Shown: positions 13,116 to 27,202, counted from the stretch's first letter. The stretch: DNA of 64,000 bases from Chrysomallon squamiferum (GCA_012295275.1 CM022665.1:10230001-10294000), one strand, 5' to 3'. Translations and numbers: made by a program. Notes: generated by a model from the letters alone, not told the origin.

Positions 13116-13500
13116 CTTTTTTATACTCTTGTATAATGGCCTCAATTTCTCCATTCGTACCCGCACCTTTAAGAACTTGAACGGATTTTCCTTCATTTTT
13201 CGTTGTAAACTTTTCTTTAAATTTTTTTTCATTATAGTCTACATATTTAATTTTAATCTTATCGACCAGTCCTGCAAATTCCAACTTTTTCAGTAGATAT
13301 AATCGACGACTGCCATCAATAACATATTTTTTACGTTTATACATCATAACAGTCAACGGCTCCACATTATCTGCTATTTTTTCATTTTTCAGTAGACCTT
13401 CTAAAAACGAATATAATGTTTGTCCATTGCTGAATCTCGTGCTTATACTGTCTTGTGTAAAAAGCAATTCTAATGAGCTAATATAAGTCACCATATCCAT
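13116..13500 (-). CDS. Exon 1 of an uncharacterised protein with a ParB/sulfiredoxin-like N-terminal domain
   Basis: The ORF MDMVTYISSLELLFTQDSISTRFSNGQTL...PLTV...YVIDGSRRLYLLKKLE...KFTTKNEGKSVQV contains FTQDSI, a P-hydrophobic-V strand and a DGxRR arginine patch typical of the ParB-N/Srx fold. It ends at a phase-1 donor AAAG|GTAAGT at 13116. Confidence 0.8.
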
Positions 13501-15029
13501 TTAAATACAAAACATGAATTATTTTAGTTTCTCATATAAATATCAAAATAAACGAAATCACATTTACATATCACTGAATTCAACTACCTTAATTTTGTTT
13601 TAGCACTTCTTAAAATGGAGCATTCAAATACCAGGAATCTAATTCTAATTCCACTAATATAACAAAACTGAAAGTAAGAATCCCCAGTGGACAGGTTCCG
13701 CAATGTAATTATTTAGAGTTATCTTCCCAAGCCGCGAATCCTCCTCACTTCCGGATTGTACCGCTTGCTTTGCACAAAATTTAATTACCGTCTGGTTATA
13801 GTGGGGACGCTTTGTTTAAATACTCAAACTGGTTTTCACAGACAGATTATTTTATTGATGTAGTTTTCTATTTAGGTATCTATTTACTGAATAACACGTG
13901 GATGCTGCATGATATTGTGTGATTAATTACAGTCTGGTTATAGCAAGGGACATAACTCGAAATAACCGCATTGCGGAACCGGCCCAGTGACAGTGCTGGG
14001 TTAAGTAACAATTAATATAATCTGCTATATATATATATTTTAAAATAAATGTTCGATTGTTAAACATATTGTTGAATTCTGTGGTTTTTCTTTTACCCCA
14101 TACTATTTCATAAATACCCTGTTCAAAATCAAGATCCACATTTGATGACGTGTCAATGGGTATGAAAATGAAAATGGCTAAACAGTTTCTAATGTTAATT
14201 TTTGCGACTGAATTATCTTCTGAGTTGAGTCAAAACTCCCACCAATGTATTTAGGTGCTAAATAAATGGGTTTTCTCAAAAGAATAAGCCTTCCAGCTTT
14301 GGCTAAGGAAAATTCGATCTGGCTAATTTGTTTTGGGTAAAGTTTATTTCTTCATACTCAGAGATCAAAAGAAGGTAGGGTATAAAACGATGACTGATGA
14401 CCAAATCTTATTTATTTAATTATTTTTAATAAATGAATTATTTGATTAGATTATTTGTTATTTATTTAATAAGATTTTTAAAATTTATTTTATTCTTTTT
14501 TAAAGCCCAGCTTGCAGAAAATGTAAACAATAAGGAATTCTTTCCAAAGGAATAAATCTTTGCATGCTTGTACTCAGAGAAGTTTTTCTGCATGTGGAAC
14601 TTTTCCTTGGAGTCGATTTCCTCTTTCTATCAATCCATCGATGGTGAAACAAGAACGATCGATAAAGATTTAAGGGAAGTAACTCTTGGTATATTAGAAA
14701 TCTGGCATGCACACTCAGTTCATTTGTATTTTATGAAAAGGAGATCTGACCTGGGTTTCGACAGAGCCGGTGTCAAGATGTTTTCCGCCCTTGGCAACAC
14801 CAGTTACTTGCATCCCGCCCCAAAAACTGCCAACTTCGAGTTTTAAAAATATGTTTTGTAGGGGAAAAAAAATAGAAAACCTGAAACTGCTAAATGTATT
14901 TTATATTACAATTAAATTAACTATTTAAATATGACACAAATAAATTAGATTTCTTTTGGCAGACGAATATACCTTCTGTTGCTGTTCCTGTCCTAAAGAT
15001 ATGTGATTTATAACATTGACATTTTACAT

Positions 15030-15520
15030 TTATAAACTGTAATATGTGTTCAGACCTGCCTTCATACTTTGTGTAACTTGGATAGTGTGATGTGGCTTAG
15101 TAAATCCTCTTGCATCAGTAATCCGTTTAATAAAAGCCCAGCTTGGTCGAACTACTTGGCAGCACATTTCAGGGACTCAGTTAGTGACTGCAATGCTTTT
15201 AAAGTAGTTTTTCTTTTCTTGAGAGTAATCTCTATGAGCTGCCTTAATTCTAACAATGTGTTCAGAGGTAGGTGCAATACCATATCATTTGTGTCTATTT
15301 CTACACCGAAAAAAATTAAAACAGTGCTGGGTCCCACAGTTTTCTCTTCTGCTATTGGAACCCCTAACTTGCAACATACTGTCTGAAAACTTCCCATTAT
15401 CATGTGATATTCATTTGACCCTGCCATGTCTCCAAAACGAAAACCACCCAGGTAGTGCCACACAACCGGCAAACACTGAATAAAAGTGGAAAACTTTTCA
15501 AATAGAGCACAAATGATTAG
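15030..15520 (-). mobile_element. Decayed DIRS/Ngaro-type reverse transcriptase fragment
   Basis: ALFEKFSTFIQ, HYLGGF (catalytic HYLDDF mutated), KLGVPIAEEKTVGPSTVLIFFGVEIDT and TTLKALQSL, then after a frameshift VVRPSWAFIKRITDA..KPHHTIQVTQSMK. This is the typical DIRS/Ngaro RT thumb-connection region. Confidence 0.85.
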
Positions 15521-15876
15521 TTTTTGTTTGCCAAAGTCAGCATAACAAGAAACACAAAAGAAACAAGAATACAGTTTTAAAACAGAAATAGTTGTGAAAT
15601 AGGATACAGTATACAAATACAGGAAAAACAAATTAAACATAAGAATTAGGATAATAAAAATATAAACGTATAGTTGTTATATGTATGTAGTTACAAATTA
15701 AATTATGTATGTATCAAGATTCCTTAAAGTTATTACATTTTCTGAAGACAAAAGTTTGATTATGTTAAAAGCACATGGTCTTGTACACAAATAATTCTGT
15801 AAATACGATATTCTAATATCATTATAAAATAAACATTTTGATACAAAATGGAATTCATCTTCAGTGCCTCCACTGT

Positions 15877-15910
<34 letters not shown>

Positions 15911-16020
15911 AATGGGTCCACTAATGAGTAGCCCACGCAAACACTCTACAGATCGAACTTAATCCGAATTCATATCGCTGGTTACGTTGTGGTCATTACA
16001 GTGCTAATAAATAAATAAAT

Positions 16021-16150
16021 AAATGGCATCACATATATGGTTAAGAATCATGAAGAAACTCCCTGAATGGGCTAGTCTTACCCCCCCCCCCAAAAAAAAA
16101 AACCGACAAGGGATCCTTTATATATATTTTTTTATTTTTTTCCCATAGAA
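16021..16150 (+). repeat. Degenerate interspersed repeat (SINE-like) remnant
   Basis: atggcatcacatatatggttaag...atgggcta...caagggatcctttatat...tccca resembles an abundant gastropod interspersed repeat from memory; not verified. Confidence 0.3.
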
Positions 16151-16682
16151 TGATTATTACATAGATAGAATTCTTTTTGAAATTAATTTTAGTTACAACA
16201 ATATTTGTATTTGCAGTTCGTAGTTCAAAAACATATTTTATTCTCGCAGTGTAGAAGTTCTCCTATGTGATCTATGTCCTCCATGTTGGTGATGTGGTTG
16301 TTCATCAGCTCGTCTTTGAGGGAGCGGATTCTGGCATCGATTCTGGCATTCTACTACTACTACTGGTACTATAATGGGAGTCATACATTACAGATATATA
16401 GCAAATAATAAAAATATTAACTTCTTTTTTTTTTCATTATTTTTTTTTTTTTTAAAGAAGAAGAAAGAATAATAATAATAAAAAGAAAAAACAAGAACAG
16501 ATAATTATATAACAATTAACCATTCATCACCGGTTTAAGTCTGTTCTCAAGTCCTTGGAGATTACCCCTTTCATCCAGATAAAGTTGGTAGATTTTTCGA
16601 TGAAACTAGATTGGTAAGATTAATATAGACCTATCAGTTGTTTTAGCTTTGTTATTATTTTATTCAGTTTACGATTACAAAT

Positions 16683-16741
<59 letters not shown>

Positions 16742-17457
16742 CGCCTGGTATTTCATATTATTTTTAAAACGTTCTTAGTTATACATGCACCACGATTAAT
16801 ATTGTACTATGTTGACAAGCGCACGTGCTTATGTCATAGCATCGAGTTCGTAGCCTGACCTTGAGGACATCGACACAATTTTATTTCTCGTAAACAACGT
16901 ACCTAAAAGACAGAGGTCAAAAATGACACGATGCCAGGCAACAAAACTATTCTTGACTCGTGCTTGCGGTTACATTTTGTAAATAATTTTCAATCTGGAG
17001 ATTATTTATTTATTTCCCCACACTTTTTTCATCTCCCACACAGAATAATCGCTATTAAAGTTGAATAGAGAATGGGATATTTTTGAATGGTATATATCAA
17101 CTTACGTAAAATGCAGACTATTTCCGCCGCCATTATATATTTATTATTATTTTAATGAATATAAAATTGTTTTTCTACATTTCGTGCAGTGCTAATATTT
17201 ATTTGGTCTCAGACTGAACATATTATTATTTAGGATTCTTTTTTTTTTTTTTTTTTTTTTTAATTATTTTACTTTTCTTTTTCTTTCTTTCTTTTTTATT
17301 TATTTATTTATTTTTTTAAATTAAAGATTTTAAACGGTTTATTGCCTTGCATATTGCACTCGGTTTCTTTTCACACTAAATGACCGCCATTCTTATTTTT
17401 CTATACTTTCTTGTTAAATCAATTTCAAAATAAAAACAGGTAATTTTTCTTTTAATT

Positions 17458-17488
<31 letters not shown>

Positions 17489-18249
17489 CATATTAGAAAT
17501 TATAACATAATATATGAAGTATCAAAATAATGATAGTATACATTAATTACTTTATATATAAGCCTATATGTTTTGCAAAACTGGGTTAGCGCCTTCGCGC
17601 CTTTTTCTTTCTTTTTTTTTTTTTTTTTTAACAGGTATACTACACTGACGAGTACTACTCTCTCTGACCGAGTTAGTGTGACATAGGAAACAAATTGATC
17701 GTACTAGAGAGGTTTCCGGTGTTTGTCCCAGTGAAAACAGGTCATCATCTGATCTATATTGCGTACAGGGTCAAAGCCGTGCATAGGTTAGAAAAATAAA
17801 CATGCTTCGTGATGTTAGATACGTTTTTGAAGGTTAGTAAAACAAAAACACGCTAGTTGAAAAATAAACAACTGGAGCTGTTATAATATAGGCATGAAAA
17901 AGACCAGCAAAATGGATGAATTTGTTGTTGTTGTTGTTGTTGTTCTTCTTCTTCTTCGTCTTATTATTATTATAAAATATTAATTTATTGTTGTTGTTGT
18001 TGTTGTTGTTGTTGTTCTTGTTCTTCTTATTATTATTATTATAAAATATTAATTTATTGTTATTATTTTATTTATTTATTTATAATTTAATTAATTAATT
18101 AATTAATTAAAATCGTATATAAAAATTGGTATACCGTTTAAATATGTTGATAGAAAGAAGAGGCTTACGGAATGCACCCTTTTGTTTTTTGTGTTTTTTT
18201 TTTTTTTTTTTTTTATTATTATTATTTTTTTTTTTTTTGTATAAACGTA

Positions 18250-18297
<48 letters not shown>

Positions 18298-20460
18298 GAA
18301 TAATAAAACATTTTGTTTTAAAACGGTTATAAAATAAAAGCAAATCAACATACATTGTACATGTATATAGAAATTATTTATGTAATTGAGAATGATATTT
18401 GAGTTGTTTCCCTTGCTCCGTCTCCATGTATAGTCTAGGTTTAACTAACGTCTACAAAGCATGAGTCTCGGAAATTTATAAAATGTCCAAAAGATGTTTA
18501 TATTATTTCAAACGGGCAGGATCATTTTGTATATTTACATGTACATTTATATGCGCGTATGTCTGTGTGTGCATTTTTGGGTGTGTGTGTCATCTTTGCT
18601 ATATTTTGTATGGTTGTGAAATATTTAACTGTTTAATTACTTTCTTTCTTTTGTAATTGGTATTATTTATCATTTTTAATACGAAGCATTAAAAATAAAC
18701 GGTCCTGTAAAAAATTTAACATATAGAATATTTTATTAATGCTATTTATTTTTTATTATTTATATATTTATTTATTTTTTATTTTATTTTTTTATTTATT
18801 AAGTATTGTTGTTGTTGTTATTATGTGTTTACACTGATAGATATAAAAACTTTTAAGTTTCTAATGAAGAATAAAAACTGGTGAATCTGTACATCTGTAC
18901 ACTGGATAATTGTGTGTTTCCGTCTATGTTAAACCTTTATATATGTAAGAATGTGTCTGTTATGTGTAAATTGTTCAGTGTTTTGTATGAATTTGTTGGG
19001 ATAAATAGTTTCATTCTACTGTTCAGAGATTCACAGATCTGTTATAACTGCATTAGGTCATTATTATTTAGTATTAATACATTTTCGAGTAAATTTGGTT
19101 TTGTGTAAGTAATTTATTGACTATCGTAGAATTAGATTTTTGTTTTGTAACCACATTTATTAGGCCATTTTCGAAATTTTTATTTTTGTGTATGAAATAT
19201 TGAAGTAAGTATTTGGTTTTCGTTTTAAACAATAATATTTGATGATAAAGTATTACATTAATAAAACAAATTAGGGAAACGACATTTTCTTTTCTTTCTG
19301 AAACAGTTATAAATTCAAAGAAGAAAAGATAACGTTTTTTGTTTGATACATAGCATTGATTTTCTAATCAGTAATAACTGTAAAATAGCAAGCGTTTATC
19401 AAATGTTTTGTTTTTTCTTTTCTGTTTCATTTGTTTAATTTTCTTTCTTTTTCCTTTTTATTTATTTATTTTTTCCCTATTCAATGTTACTATTATCACA
19501 TCACAAAAGATAAAAAATACATTCTTGTGGCTTGTTATATTCTTTTTTGTTTTGTTGTTTATTATTAGCAGTAACTAGTGATGAAAAATAAAACAATCGC
19601 AAGAAAGTAAATATTTTTTGTGTTTTTAATTTTAATTTGTTTTGTTCTGTTTGTATCACCAAAGGTTCATGTTAGAACGTTAAATCGACCCAAACAATCA
19701 TGCAAACATAAAAAATTGTCCAGAAATATTTGAAAAAAAAAAAAAAAATTAAAAAAAAATAAAAAATAAAAAATAAATAAATAAATAAATAAAATAATAA
19801 ACAACTAAAGTTAAACAAAAATAAAAACCGTGTGAAGTTACATATTCCGGGAATATTTTAAAATGTACACAATAATCCGATCATAATGTACTTCCGTGAA
19901 CCCAGAACTTCGAAAAGATTTAATAAAAGAACGAAAGAAAGAAAAAGAAGAGGTGTGCCACTGGTTACTAAAAACGTTTTATTTATTGTCAGTACCTAAG
20001 TTTCAGTTACGGTGAGTAACGCCGATAAACAAAAGAATTTAGGCCGATCGTTATTTCGTTCGGGTAAAGTCGGTCGTCGCCGCGTGCCGTGCGTAGCTGC
20101 TCGAGGAGTGACGAACGCTTAGACGTACGCCAGGCTATTCAAGTATTCACGTATAATTACATCGCGCACAGGCCCTGCATAAGTCGCGTGCGCGCGTGCG
20201 GCAGATGTTCAAGTAAATTAAAAATACCGTTATAGCGACCCTGGATAATTTCTGCGACTTGAAATCTTAAATATCTCGAGACAAACATCAAAGGAGGGTC
20301 TATATTAAAATTTCCTTTGATTTGATTGGGTAATGCATTATTAATCATTGATTAACTACAGCTGTCGGGCCAGGCCGTATGTATTTAATAATGATTATTC
20401 ATGGACTTTCAGACGCGAAAAGAAAAAAGAAAATGAAGTAACAAAGAACATTAAAAAAAA

Positions 20461-20493
<33 letters not shown>

Positions 20494-21929
20494 CAGACGA
20501 TTTACATTTAATTTATTTGTAGTAATATTTTATAGTAAATATTTTATACGTTTTTCTTAGATAAATGTACAATTCTAGATATTAATAAACACAAACTTTT
20601 ATTTTAAACACACTTGCATAAATTATTATTATTTTTATATTATTGCTTCAGCAAAATACAGATTTAATATTATAATTTAAACAGGAATAATAAAACTTGA
20701 CACACTGATAATAGAACTTTACGCATTCTGATACTGGCACTAAATGCAAGCATATGTTACATTTTCAGTTCAACATGTTACTCTGAAAGACTTGAAACAC
20801 TCCATTTCATGAAGTCTGACACCAACTACATACACCAGGCATGGCGTGGGCAACGTGATACCCGCCGCGGCTGCCCACGTCTTGTCTTGGGTCACAGGCT
20901 AAGTCGTTATTACAACGTTGTTGAGCATCGCAAACGGCAGGGTTCCCTTTTCAGTCCTATTATAAACGCTGAAAAAGCTTAACTCTCGGCCAGCGGGCGC
21001 CTTGTTTGTTTTTTCGAGCAAATCTTCTTAAAGATTATTTCAATGTGTCGATCGGGGGAGGGGGCGGATTAGGTGAAACGTTATCCGCAAAAGACTACGA
21101 GTCAATATTTTAAAACCGTTGTCCCCGTTCGAAAAGTCCGCTACGAAAAAGTTGCCGGCAAAATGGTTTAGACAATGGTAAATTATTTTCGCATTGTTAC
21201 GTGCGATTTTTACTTTTATGTTCAGAGCAAATGACACGCGACAGATGGTGAAATATTTGCCAGTGAAAAATGCAAGTGTCCTGGCCTTTGTCTTGGCAGT
21301 TTTGTAGCGTGTATCGACAGACATAATCTCGTGTATAACGGGCCGCGACCAGCCAAAAGTCCATCTGCGTGTTAACACACAACTTTCCCTTGATTGGACA
21401 GGGTCACTCTCCGGTTTCTTAGCAACAGGGACACGAGAACAGGTGCTAAAAACATGTGCATTTTGTAAAAAAAAAAAAAAAAAAAAAAAAGCATTTAAGA
21501 AAAAAGGTGGGGGAAAAAACAAAACAAAAAGAGGAGAAAAAAAAAAAAAAAAAAAAAAAATTAAAAGCGATTAGTATTACTGCAATTTTGGCCATAAAAG
21601 ATTGCGCGTGGGCTAATGGTAACAAACAGAGTTAATCGATCCGCCTCTTTCTTTGTTAATGCATGTTCACACAAAGAAATATTATACAGCCAATGTAATG
21701 AGAAAATTACTTGTGACTTGTGTAATTATTATTGTCTGGTGCAGTCTTCGAACGCTTTTATTACCTGACTGTCAGTTTAAAAAGACAAAAGTTAAAAGAT
21801 TAAAAACCAACCAACAAACCTCAAAATAAAATTAAAACAAATCCCCCCCCCAAAAAAAAAATTATAAAAAAAAAAAAAAAATAACCTAAAAATAAATAAC
21901 TGTAAAATAAAATAAAATAAAATAAAATA

Positions 21930-21960
<31 letters not shown>

Positions 21961-22091
21961 ATAAAAAATAACGTATGTCAGTAATATACCAAAACCAACA
22001 ACAACATCAACAACAAAACAAAGGAAAAAAAAAACCCAAAAGAAAACAAACATACAAACAATTCCTTTGTTTAATCTATAACAAATTTAAA

Positions 22092-22134
<43 letters not shown>

Positions 22135-22753
22135 ACGTTGTTTTTAATTTTTTCGCAATACCGAATGGAAAAGTACCAGTATTTTGTCACTTACTGGATG
22201 GAGCAGGCTTGTTGTGAATCGATATAGTTAATATTTGTCACTGGAATAAAAATTCCCCGAGCAGGTGTTGATAAAAATCTGGTAACATTTGTTGTTGGGC
22301 TAATGGGTTTAGTATTCTCTTACATCCCGTGGACATATGCAAATAATGACAAGCTGTTTCAATCAGCATTATGTAATTTATTGAACAAAAATTCATACAC
22401 AGACTATTCAGTGTTGGCATGTATGAACTTTGCAGTTTATTTTGTGGTAAAACTGATTTATGAGACGAATGTATTAAGGATGTAGTGTATCAGAAACGTT
22501 TGTTAATAAAATAAAGTGAAATTATTATGTTTATAAATTCTGTTTTTAAATAAGTCTAAGAACATTTTGTTATCATTATGTATACCGTATTTATGTGATA
22601 TGCGGTACTGGTAAATAATAACGATGATGTTGACGACAACGACGATAACGATGATGATAATAAATAAATAAATAAATAAATAAACGAAGTACTGTTAATA
22701 AGCAGAAAAGAGGTGGGAAAAAAAACATAAAGTAAATACATCATACCACATGC

Positions 22754-22808
<55 letters not shown>

Positions 22809-23470
22809 AGAGAAAAATATATAGATACGCACGCACGCACACAGAGAGAAAGAGAAAGCGTAAACAAACAAACAAAACAAAACAACGACAAAAACAAAGC
22901 CCCCCCACAAAAAAAATAAAATAAATAAAATAAAATAAAAAGTAAAAAAAAAAAAAAAAAAACAGGGTTAAAACATTAAAATAGATGGATTTTATCCGTC
23001 AATCAAATTAAACAAAATGACATCCTTGATCAGATATCGGACGACAAAAGACATCAGAAAATCAGTTGTTTCTTGCACTCAGTGCCATAAAAAGTAAACC
23101 TCTACATAACACTGAAAAAAACACAGGAATATTAACAGAACATACAATGACAGGTGGTCACTTGTAATTCAATTATATGTAATAGACCAATTTTCGAATG
23201 TACTCAAAACACCCCCGAGCGAGGTTATAAATGAAAAGTCAATGTGAGTGCTTTATATAATTGTGTATGTGTGAAAAAACAAGTTAAAAAACATATGGCA
23301 CATTTATTGTTTTAATAATAGCGTGTGTAATAACGATCGTTTGTGAAGCTAGAGATGCAAATGTATCGGTAATTTCTGCTAGAAAAAACCCCACAAAACC
23401 TTTGTTCTTTCACAAATACATAATTCGTTATTTTGACTACAGTACGTGTGCTATTTTTTGATGCTGTTAC

Positions 23471-23505
<35 letters not shown>

Positions 23506-24613
23506 TGATGATGATGATGAAGATGATGATAGTAATAATAATAATAACAATAACAACAACACATATTATTGTTATAATAGATGGCTATCGATACATGCGC
23601 ACGCACACACAAAGAGAAAGAAAGGGAGACAGGGAATTACAGATACATGGTTAAAACGGAACATATTAAAACATTCAATTTGTCTGTCATTACTCTTTGC
23701 ATAAAATAACGGAATAAATAAATTTCAAATAACAAAGAACACGTCGTGTAATGGAGGTTAAGAAATAAATTTAAAGAGGTGGATTTTTTTTTTCTTTTTG
23801 CGAGTCATAGCATCAGTAACTCGCTGAAACATCAAGAAGAATCTCGTCTATTAATATTTAATAACTCGGAAGGTCTAGTTCAGAGTATTTTTTGCGACGA
23901 TGGGTCATCGCCAACGCCTACAGCTTGCATCTGCAGCAGCATCATATCAAAACAGTAACCGTTATTCCAATTGTTCCAAGAATAACATCTCATTAATGAA
24001 ATATTACCGATGCATGTTGTGTTTCGTATTAAACTATTTGGTTCCGAGGGAAATTCTTTTATGATTTGCTATGCGCGAGTTAGCAAAAGAAAAAGGCGTG
24101 GTAGTTCGACGTTACCCGTGTAAATAATTTAGCACCAAATGAATCAGAGTTTTTAGCGAGCTGATGTAAAGTGAAGATTCTTTTGACAAAGGCAGAACGT
24201 TCCGAGAACAGGCTGGAAACAGGGTAATGATAAAAACGAGAAGAGAGTGCGCGAGAACAAAAAAATAATAATGATAGGATTAATAATTATAATAAAAAGT
24301 AACGGTTCTGTCAATAAAGAGTGGTGTTTTGTGAATCAAACTGAAGCCGTGATGTTTAAATAATTCTCTTTATTGCTTTGAGAGCCATTGACGAGTATCC
24401 GCTGTTCGTTTGGATCGTAATTACGTAGTCGAGGGAAGAAAGGCCATATTGAGGTATCATAGCAACAGGGTTACCGTTATGTTCGTGTGCACTGAATTTG
24501 CAGCATTGGTTATACCGATTAGTAATAATTGTTATTTAGATCAAAGTGAATAATTAAAATTAAGGATATGTTTGGCAAATGTTAAGAGTTTAAATAAAAA
24601 TAAGTGCATAATA

Positions 24614-24671
<58 letters not shown>

Positions 24672-27199
24672 TAACAATATAACAACAGTAACGATAATAT
24701 TAATAATAATGATGATAAAGAAGATGATGATGATGATAATATGAAATGTATTAAACTTATTTGCTTGAAAGTTAAAAAAATGTTGTTTTTTTACTGATAG
24801 AAATTATATATATATATATATAAAATTAAAAAAAATAATCATCAAATATAAAATAAGATGAAGAAATGTAGTTTAAGAAATGAAAGGTTTATTGGCAATA
24901 GACAAAGTGAAAATAAAACAAGTATAAAATAATATTTATATGTAATATGTTTAGATCTTTAGTAAATTAAAAAATTAAAAACACCAATAAAAAAAAAATA
25001 TTAAAATTAAAAAATAATAAAATGTAAATTGAAAATTTAGAATAAAAAATAAAGTAAAAAATAAAGTAAAATAAAAGTAAAATAATAGTAGTAGCAACAG
25101 TAAAAATACTAATAACATGACTTTTACTAACAATAATAATAACTTGATAAATGTAAAATAATTAATTTAGAAATTTAAAAAAGCAAATAAAGAAAAAAAA
25201 AAAAAATGCATATTTTAAAGGTACACGAGAAAATGTATACCTCATAGTGTATTTAAATACACAAAAGCTTATTTAGAGAATACTGCTAGATTGATATAAA
25301 ATAATAACTAATCGTTTAGATAATTAAAATATATATTCATATAATAATAATAATTTATAAACAAAATGGATAGAATCATAAAATAAGAAACAAATATACA
25401 ACTAAAAAAAAAATAATAATAATAAAAATAATAACAATAATAAAGAAATAAAGAAATAAAATAAATAATGAATATATATAAAACAAAATAATACATATAT
25501 ATATTAAAACCATCTCACGAAACTATAACAAAGGAACACGTGAACAAATTTAACCAATTTATCTATTATTATTTATTATTTTGACCGAAATATGACAGAT
25601 GAAAGAGAAAAGACTGGTCAAAAAATCAAAGACTTTTGACGTTTAATACATCTATCTTCCAGGCATATTAAATATACTTCGTTGAAAATATTGATTAATG
25701 TTTCTGAAATAAATTAGTCTCCCAACCATCAAAAGGAAGAAGAAAAAAAAAAAAACACGTCGTCTGCTTTTAATGTTCTGATGTCCGGCTGACTTTCTGG
25801 GAGATAAGAAGGAGAAAAGTTAATAGTACTTTCATTAACTCCGCCAGGTGAGGCCAAACAAACAATAACATGTTAGCAAATGTCCCCATCTCACCTGCTT
25901 TAACACGCTTTGCTGTCAAAGAAATATATTGTAGTCTCAAGATAACAATGATCTTTGTCGACTGGTGCTGGTTATTTTTGTTTGCCGAGTGTACGGGTTG
26001 TGTATGCGTTACAGAGTACGTTAAAAGTACTGAATTACGTTATTGTAGTCCCAGAATAATGGAACTACAAAATAATATTTATATAATAATAATATTATTA
26101 TTATTGTAATTAAGAATTATTTCTTTCTATATTAGAACATTTTGATTTGTGTGTGTGTGTGCGTTTGAGTGAGAAAGTCAGAATATTGAATGTTCAGCTT
26201 TATACAAAACTGGTCATGTATTAAAGAAACACTTTGACAAATTGAATACATTTATTGTTTTTTTTTCAGTGTATAAAGAAACTGTAGAAGATACACAATA
26301 CTGCATAATCAACTTTATAATAAAAATTGTCATATATTTACACAACACTTTGCTAAACTGAAATACAAAATTTAATACATATATTTAAATATATTTAATG
26401 TTTTTTTTTTTTTATCGTGAACTGAATATTGACTTTTAAAAAAAAAAAAAAATTATACTGCAGTCTCACTTCTTGTCTGTTGTGCCCATCCGTCCATCCA
26501 AACGTCAAACCGTTCTTTTGTTACTTTTATACGCTCAATAATTAGTTATTATTATACACTGAACTGGTATCTGGGATGCGCGTTTGTCGCTTTGCACCCT
26601 ACCCCATTCCACCCCAGCACTAACCTTTATTTCTATGCTTTCACTGAATGGTATCAGTTTCCATCCATGTACAGCCGTCTGCTGGCTCAAATGGCCGTCT
26701 GTTGTTTAAATTGTCGTCTGCATGTAACATTTGAAGCTAAATTTCGGTGTGGTCCCGCATAACTGCTGTTTCTGTCTTGGTTTTATCAGTTTACTAAATC
26801 GATTACGATAAACTGATAAACCCCATTCATTTCATAATGTTCATTGTTTTAAAGGGTATTAATAAAACATTTTTTTTTTATAAAATTACCGAATTACGTT
26901 ATTGTAGTTATATTCTTTAATGCCTAATGCCGAACACGTATAATGTAAACGAAATAGAGAGACGTCATGTTTTGACACCACCAAAACAAACATGTGTACA
27001 AAATATCGGGTTAAAAAATATGTATGAGGCTATGTATGTATAAATATTATGAAACTGAAAATCAAACACAAAACTAGTATATTCATATCAGATAACGATA
27101 TTTCTCCCAGTCTTTTTTATATATTTTTTTCGCTCAGTCTTTCTCCATCAAATTTCTCTTCACTCTTTCCAGATCATAACTCTTGGCTTCCCCAGTTCG

Positions 27200-27202
<3 letters not shown>

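Noticed and set aside
14500-14846. ORFs 14500..14712 and 14568..14846
   Set aside because: No recognisable domain. 14730-14830 may be the non-coding end of the adjacent DIRS remnant, but I cannot support that firmly.
24130-24152. tagcaccaaatgaatcagag resembling mature miR-29
   Set aside because: Only the seed and scattered bases match, and no complementary arm forms a hairpin.
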